Assembly (NCBI GenBank): GCA_017380355.1
Contig: JAFOED010000156.1
Location: 1 to 41,142, forward strand
Direction: 5' to 3'
Length of the DNA stretch: 41,142 nt
Source: Ruminococcus sp.
Lineage (GTDB): Bacteria > Bacillota > Clostridia > Oscillospirales > Acutalibacteraceae
Part shown: positions 36,477 through 41,142 of the stretch, piece by piece
How positions within the stretch are numbered: position 1 is the first letter of the stretch
Layout of the letters: each line of letters starts with the position of its first letter
The notes under the pieces: generated by a model
Database searches by the model: none
Told to the model about the DNA's origin: nothing
Seen by the model: the letters and a program-made list of their open reading frames with translations, nothing else
Program-made: the position numbers and the translations under genes

Positions 36477-36884
36477 TCAGTCTTTATTGAGTTTTTCGCG
36501 GATTTTACTTCGGATGTTATCCATAAACGAGCTTTCGTGAGTCGAAAAAACACACTCGTTGACAAAGTGCTCGCAGTTATTGTGGAGCAAATTGTAGCCG
36601 CCTTCGCCGATACGTGCGCGTGCAGTAGAAACGATTTCATTTACGCTTTTCATCTTCTTTTTCTCTTTACGGTCAGGCACGCCGACTTCGACGTTACTAT
36701 CTCCCATAAAGGTGTACACGTCTGATGATAAAACGAAAATTTCGTTTGCAGGACGATTTACATTATCCGCAAGTCCGAACTGTATAATTTCGTCCTCACT
36801 GACGAAAATCCCGTAGTGATAGTAAAACGTTCTTTTAGTACGAACAATGTCACCCGTTTTAGGCGTACAGCTTACAAATTCCAT
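36477..36884 (-). CDS. LRAT/PLAAT-like (permuted NlpC/P60, NC-domain) acyltransferase/phospholipase
   Basis: GDIV......YYHYGIFV and A...IG...YNLLHNNCEHFV. Confidence 0.85.
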   Translation of the reverse strand: MEFVSCTPKTGDIVRTKRTFYYHYGIFVSEDEIIQFGLADNVNRPANEIFVLSSDVYTFMGDSNVEVGVPDRKEKKKMKSVNEIVSTARARIGEGGYNLLHNNCEHFVNECVFSTHESSFMDNIRSKIREKLNKD

Positions 36885-36885
36885 A

Positions 36886-37125
36886 TCAGTTAAGTTTGCT
36901 TTCTACGCACTTGATAACGTCGCCGACAGTAGTGATGGCTTTGAAATCTTCGTTGTTGAATTTTATAGAAAACTCTTCTTCAAGAGCCATAGCTGCGTAC
37001 AGCATACCAATAGAGTTGATGCTTAAGTCATCTCGAAGTGTTGTTTCTTCTGTTACGCTGTCAGCGGTGAGTTCTGTCTCAAAAACTGCGTTGAATACTT
37101 TTACTAATCTTTCAAGTGTTGTCAT
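36886..37125 (-). CDS. Stand-alone acyl carrier protein
   Basis: 79 aa, acidic; L..DL.INSI...LEEEF.I...TVGD. Confidence 0.85.
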   Translation of the reverse strand: MTTLERLVKVFNAVFETELTADSVTEETTLRDDLSINSIGMLYAAMALEEEFSIKFNNEDFKAITTVGDVIKCVESKLN

Positions 37126-37140
37126 AATAGCCTCCAGAAA

Positions 37141-37794
37141 TTACTGATGATGCACACATTCGTTCATAGCGTCCATCAGCGCGATAGAAATATTGTCGAT
37201 ATCCTGTGTGGATGGGAATTTGGATTTCACCATATCTCTCGGATAAATAGGGTCGCCTATGTAAACCTTAGTGAAGTTGTACCAGTGCTTTCTTTTTTCT
37301 ATGTACATAGGCAGAATCGGTACTTCAGAGCGAAGAGCCATCAGTACAGCACCAGATTTGACTGATTGTACTTCGTTTGTGTCTTTGACGCCACCCTCAG
37401 GGAAAATCACAAGTGTGTGGCCTTTACTTAGTACATCGACAGACTTATTTATAGCTTCAATATCAAATGAGTAGCGATCGATTTTAATCGCGCCTGCGTG
37501 ACTCATGAGAAAGTCCTTTATCTTATTGTTCATAACAACTTTTGCGGTTAAATAGTACATTCTTCTGTACCAGAAAGCCGAAGCGACAAGCAATGCGTCA
37601 GTTAAGTGGATGTGGTTAGAAGCGATCAGCATACCGCCACGAAGTATTTTTCTGTATTTTGTTCCGTCTTTGTAGTACTTTTTAACTCGAAAACCAAGTG
37701 AGAGTGGCAAAATAATAAAAAGTCTTGCCATATCGAGAGGGAACTTTTTCAGGTCAAATAGTTTTGCTTTTTTTCTTTTATTCATCTGCGTCAT
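37141..37794 (-). CDS. PlsC-like lysophospholipid acyltransferase
   Basis: SNHIHLTD (NHx4D), IDR, IFPEG, VPILP. Confidence 0.9.
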   Translation of the reverse strand: MTQMNKRKKAKLFDLKKFPLDMARLFIILPLSLGFRVKKYYKDGTKYRKILRGGMLIASNHIHLTDALLVASAFWYRRMYYLTAKVVMNNKIKDFLMSHAGAIKIDRYSFDIEAINKSVDVLSKGHTLVIFPEGGVKDTNEVQSVKSGAVLMALRSEVPILPMYIEKRKHWYNFTKVYIGDPIYPRDMVKSKFPSTQDIDNISIALMDAMNECVHHQ

Positions 37795-38434
37795 CCTTCT
37801 TAATAAGGTTTTTGAGTTCGTATACTTTTTCTTCTAAAACGTTTGTTAAGTGGGTGAGCTGTTCGTCGTCTGAAAGACCCTCTTTCTTAAACTGAGAGAG
37901 GTAAATAGCCTCGCCGATAACAACGTCTGCGCGCTTAAATAAACCGTAGTTTCCGTTTGTGTAAACAGGCACGATAGGCGCGTCGCAGTGGGTTGCGATA
38001 AAAGCTGTGCTGACGGTAAACGGGAACTTCTTTCCGTTTAGAGGCAGTCTGCCCTGAGGGAAAATTCCGACAGTACCGCCTTTGTCGAGCACTTCGATTG
38101 TGTCAGCGACGAAGTCGAAATCCATCGAATCACGGTTTACCTGTATACAGCCGATTGAGTATAGGAATTTTGCTAAGAACTTGTTGCGGTTGTACAGAAC
38201 CTCTGCCGTAAGAAAGTGGATTGTACGCAGTGGGAACACGATTAAGTAAAGCACGAAGTCCATAAGTGAGATGTGGTTTGACACAAGAATACACGGCTTC
38301 TCAAGCTTTCTTTTCGCATTTTGTGCGAGAGTTACCCTAGGTTTTAGGAAGATTAGTGCAGGAATAATACCTGTGACTTTTACAAAACCTAAGCAGAAAT
38401 TTACTATAAATTTGTTGCGATTCATTCGTTTCAT
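37778..38434 (-). CDS. PlsC-like lysophospholipid acyltransferase
   Basis: SNHISLMD, VNR, IFPQGR (E to Q relative to FPEG), PIVP. Confidence 0.88.
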   Translation of the reverse strand: MKRMNRNKFIVNFCLGFVKVTGIIPALIFLKPRVTLAQNAKRKLEKPCILVSNHISLMDFVLYLIVFPLRTIHFLTAEVLYNRNKFLAKFLYSIGCIQVNRDSMDFDFVADTIEVLDKGGTVGIFPQGRLPLNGKKFPFTVSTAFIATHCDAPIVPVYTNGNYGLFKRADVVIGEAIYLSQFKKEGLSDDEQLTHLTNVLEEKVYELKNLIKKDDADE

Positions 38435-38435
38435 A

Positions 38436-40355
38436 TTAAAGCAGTCTTTCTATGTATTCACATATTTCTCTTGGGGTGTAGCTGTACTTTTCGTTGTCGC
38501 TTTCCTGTGAAATATTAAAGTGTTCAGCGAGCTTGATAACGATAGAGAAGTACTGGATACTGCTTGCACCTAAATCGTAGAATATGTGTGAGTCAGGCGT
38601 AATGTCGTCTGGGTTAATGCTGAGAACCTCAGCGATGATTTTTGTGACGTCTTTTAAGAGTGGTGAGTTGCCTGTCGACTCCTCTGCTTTTGCTTTCATA
38701 TCTGCAAAAGCTGTGAGAGTGACTTCGCCAGAAGCGATTTTCTTTTTAAGCTGTGTTCGGCTGACTTTAATCGCAGTAGGTGGAGCTAACTGGTCAAAAG
38801 TAAAGTAGAACTTTCTTACTGATGTTGCGCTGTCGAGAGTAGAGTTTATCTTGTACGCTTCGTTAATAATCGCGTTTATGTTGTCTGCTGTTGCATACGG
38901 GTTGAGCTGTACAACGAGGGATAATTCCTCGTTTTCTTTCTCTGATAAACCCAGCACAGAAAGCATCACACTACCCTTTAATGTAAAGAGCTTTTCTACC
39001 ATGTCAGGGTTGATATTTTCTCCGTTTTCGCCGATAACGATGTCGCCCATACGACCTAAAATGTAGTAGTGGCCGTCTTTTTCTACCATATTGTCTCCGG
39101 TGTAGAACCACTCGTCCAAGATGATTTCTTCGCCGTTTACGAGCTTTTTCTTAGCGAGTGAAGAGCCTTTAACGAGGAGCACTCCGTTTTCGTCGAGCTT
39201 ATATTCTACAGATGAGAATGGGTGACCGATAGAGTTTTTGTTTCTGTCTTTCGGCTTTTTTCTGAGTTCTACAGAAGTGATGCCGATTTCGCTCATACCG
39301 TAGCCGTTGTGCAGGCTGTAGCCGATACCATTCATAAGCGACATCGCGCTATCTTTAAGGTAGCTGCCGCCGCTGATACAGAAGAGTACAGAACGACCGA
39401 AGAGTTTGTCGGTCAGCTCTTTAGTGACAAATTTTGCGATTTCAGGACCGAATGACGGGAAAATATTCTGGAGCTTTGTCATAAGAGTGAGTGCTTTTCT
39501 GAGTTTCTTCTCTTTTTTCTCACCTTGCTGTCTTACTGTTGACCATACTTTTGTTTCGATTGTATGCCACAGCATTGGTACTGCGAAAATGTGTGTGACC
39601 TCGTGGCGGTTAACAGTTTTAAGTATTGTTTCCGCGGACATATCTTTGAGGAAAACGAGTGTTCTGCCGAAGAAGGTGAACCAGAAGTAAACCGCAAACA
39701 AGCCGAATACGTGATAAAACGGTAAGAATGCGAGCTGTTTTAGACTACCTTTGTAGTGTTTAGCAATTCTTGGGGACTCTCTCAGGATGTCTTCGAAGTT
39801 TAAAATCTGTTCGCTAATCTGATATCCTGTGTAAAAGCACACGGTTTCGTTCATCGAAGTCGCAGAAGATGAGAAAGCGATCTCATTTTCGAAAACGTCA
39901 GAAGGCACTTTCTTGCCTTTTACGGTTAACTCGTCTGCTGTGATAACTAAAGCGTCGATTTCGCTTTCTTTTTCACAGACGACGTATTTGATGTTGAGAG
40001 TTTTTATGATACCGTCGGTGAGAGACTGAGGGTATCGGAGATTTACGAGATACGGCTTGTTACCGCTTTTGAGAATTGACCAGAAAGCAGTAATCCAGTT
40101 AGGGCTGTTGTCCATCTCGAGTGCAACATACTCGTGAGTAGCGCCGATTTTTTCAAAAAGAGCAGACGCACCTACTTCGATGCGGTCTTTCATTTCGCTG
40201 TAAGTGTATTTATATGTACGAAAACCGTCGTTACCTTCACACAGGACGTTACCTCTTTCGTGAAACATAATCTCGAAAATATCCTTTAAGGATTTTTGTG
40301 AATTTTCGAGAGCAGTACGGTTATACGCGATGTATCTTTTAAGATTTTTGTTCAT
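38436..40355 (-). CDS. Adenylate-forming (long-chain acyl ligase-like) enzyme fused to a C-terminal carrier domain
   Basis: FLPFYHVFG, GYGMSE, WFYTGD, GR..D.....NGENI.P, TAIKVSR, then carrier motif IFYDLGASSI. Start at ATG 40355 behind GGAG. Confidence 0.85.
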   Translation of the reverse strand: MNKNLKRYIAYNRTALENSQKSLKDIFEIMFHERGNVLCEGNDGFRTYKYTYSEMKDRIEVGASALFEKIGATHEYVALEMDNSPNWITAFWSILKSGNKPYLVNLRYPQSLTDGIIKTLNIKYVVCEKESEIDALVITADELTVKGKKVPSDVFENEIAFSSSATSMNETVCFYTGYQISEQILNFEDILRESPRIAKHYKGSLKQLAFLPFYHVFGLFAVYFWFTFFGRTLVFLKDMSAETILKTVNRHEVTHIFAVPMLWHTIETKVWSTVRQQGEKKEKKLRKALTLMTKLQNIFPSFGPEIAKFVTKELTDKLFGRSVLFCISGGSYLKDSAMSLMNGIGYSLHNGYGMSEIGITSVELRKKPKDRNKNSIGHPFSSVEYKLDENGVLLVKGSSLAKKKLVNGEEIILDEWFYTGDNMVEKDGHYYILGRMGDIVIGENGENINPDMVEKLFTLKGSVMLSVLGLSEKENEELSLVVQLNPYATADNINAIINEAYKINSTLDSATSVRKFYFTFDQLAPPTAIKVSRTQLKKKIASGEVTLTAFADMKAKAEESTGNSPLLKDVTKIIAEVLSINPDDITPDSHIFYDLGASSIQYFSIVIKLAEHFNISQESDNEKYSYTPREICEYIERLL

Positions 40356-40451
40356 AATATTTGCTCCGATCAAAATTATGGAAACAAAGGAAAAAAGACT
40401 AAAAAGAAAGCAAAAATCCGCTTCTTAGACCCTTTTATCCCATTTTAGTAT

Positions 40452-40480
40452 AATATAACTTATAAATAGACTTTTTTCAA
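40452..40480 (-). promoter_or_regulatory. Probable sigma-A promoter of the acyl ligase operon
   Basis: TTGAAA-17-TATATT on the minus strand. Confidence 0.45.
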
Positions 40481-40573
40481 GTATCATAGCGCGGAAAAAA
40501 GTGGCTGTTTTCGCACGGTTTTTGTGCGAAATTTCAAAGAAAAACTCCCCCGCCTTTTAACGAGGGAGTAATT

Positions 40574-41142
40574 TTATGTATCAATGCTTGGTACACTTTC
40601 ATAAAAGAGGGTGTATTCTTCAATTAACATACGGTTTTGAGAGACAGAATAAAAGATGCTTAAAAACTCGTATTCACCATCTTTTTCAGGTACTGAATTC
40701 AGTTCATTAGTCGTGACATTATAAATCAGAAAGTAGTCATAATTAGCCGTATAGTGGACGTTTGTGGTGATACCAATTATATCGTTAGGTATTGAATCGA
40801 GCCACTTGTCATCAGACAAAAGATTCATTTCAAAATCGATCATTTTGTTCTCTTCAAAGAACACATCGCTCGAAGAAGAGTATATGCCTGATTCGAATAT
40901 TCTTGAAGCATCAGAAGTAGTGATATGTTCGTGTTGTGGAATTTCGATGTCGAGTAATTGCTCGGATCTTTGTATCGGTTCGTCGGTGTGGGTGAACCCG
41001 CTAGCAAAAATAAAAGTGAAGGAACCAAAAGCACACAATAGTACAGTCATAATAATGCCTGCGATAACGTTTTTCTTGTACTTATAGCCTTTCTTCTTCA
41101 GTATAAATCCGTAAATCGTAGAACCTATTGTAATAGGAGTAA
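40574..41142 (-). CDS. Hypothetical membrane protein, 5'-partial
   Basis: The frame stays open from the window end (TPITIGSTIYGFILKKKGYKYKKNVIAGII...) into the tracked 158-aa ORF; terminator-like hairpin at about 40544-40570. Confidence 0.7.
   Translation of the reverse strand, partial: TPITIGSTIYGFILKKKGYKYKKNVIAGIIMTVLLCAFGSFTFIFASGFTHTDEPIQRSEQLLDIEIPQHEHITTSDASRIFESGIYSSSSDVFFEENKMIDFEMNLLSDDKWLDSIPNDIIGITTNVHYTANYDYFLIYNVTTNELNSVPEKDGEYEFLSIFYSVSQNRMLIEEYTLFYESVPSIDT

Noticed and set aside
1-41142. Mobile elements, prophage, defence systems, tRNA or rRNA
   Set aside because: No transposase, integrase, phage, nuclease or structural-RNA signatures were recognised.

Overview
Low-GC Firmicutes chromosomal segment. 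The dockerin style and gene content suggest a Ruminococcus/Oscillospiraceae-like gut or rumen clostridium (inference). The left half holds a MarR-regulated heterodimeric ABC exporter operon with an Fe-alcohol dehydrogenase and a LOG protein, a lipid kinase, a K+-dependent membrane pyrophosphatase and two secreted dockerin proteins (one a 1181-aa multimodular six-hairpin glycosidase). It also holds a yybP-ykoY (Mn2+) riboswitch before a cation/Ca2+ antiporter, a lysine riboswitch before an NhaC/LysW transporter with an unusual Cys4 loop, and a SCIFF/ranthipeptide locus whose 50-aa precursor is missing from the ORF track. The right third (26.4-40.4 kb) is the strongest candidate for an undescribed system: 15 consecutive lipid-handling genes. 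These are 2 DegV/FakB, FakA, a divergent PlsX, 2 PlsC-like acyltransferases, an adenylation-carrier didomain with a degenerate P-loop, a free ACP, an Sfp-type PPTase, an LRAT/PLAAT-like acyltransferase, a GT2-GtrA fusion and four alpha/beta hydrolases, one with a Cys nucleophile. An unexplained 10.7-11.3 kb region has a structured GC-rich element, three phased repeats and a microprotein resembling small NrdD-like proteins but lacking the glycyl-radical motif. No rRNA, tRNA, CRISPR array or transposase was seen. All family assignments are from motif recognition by eye, not database searches.
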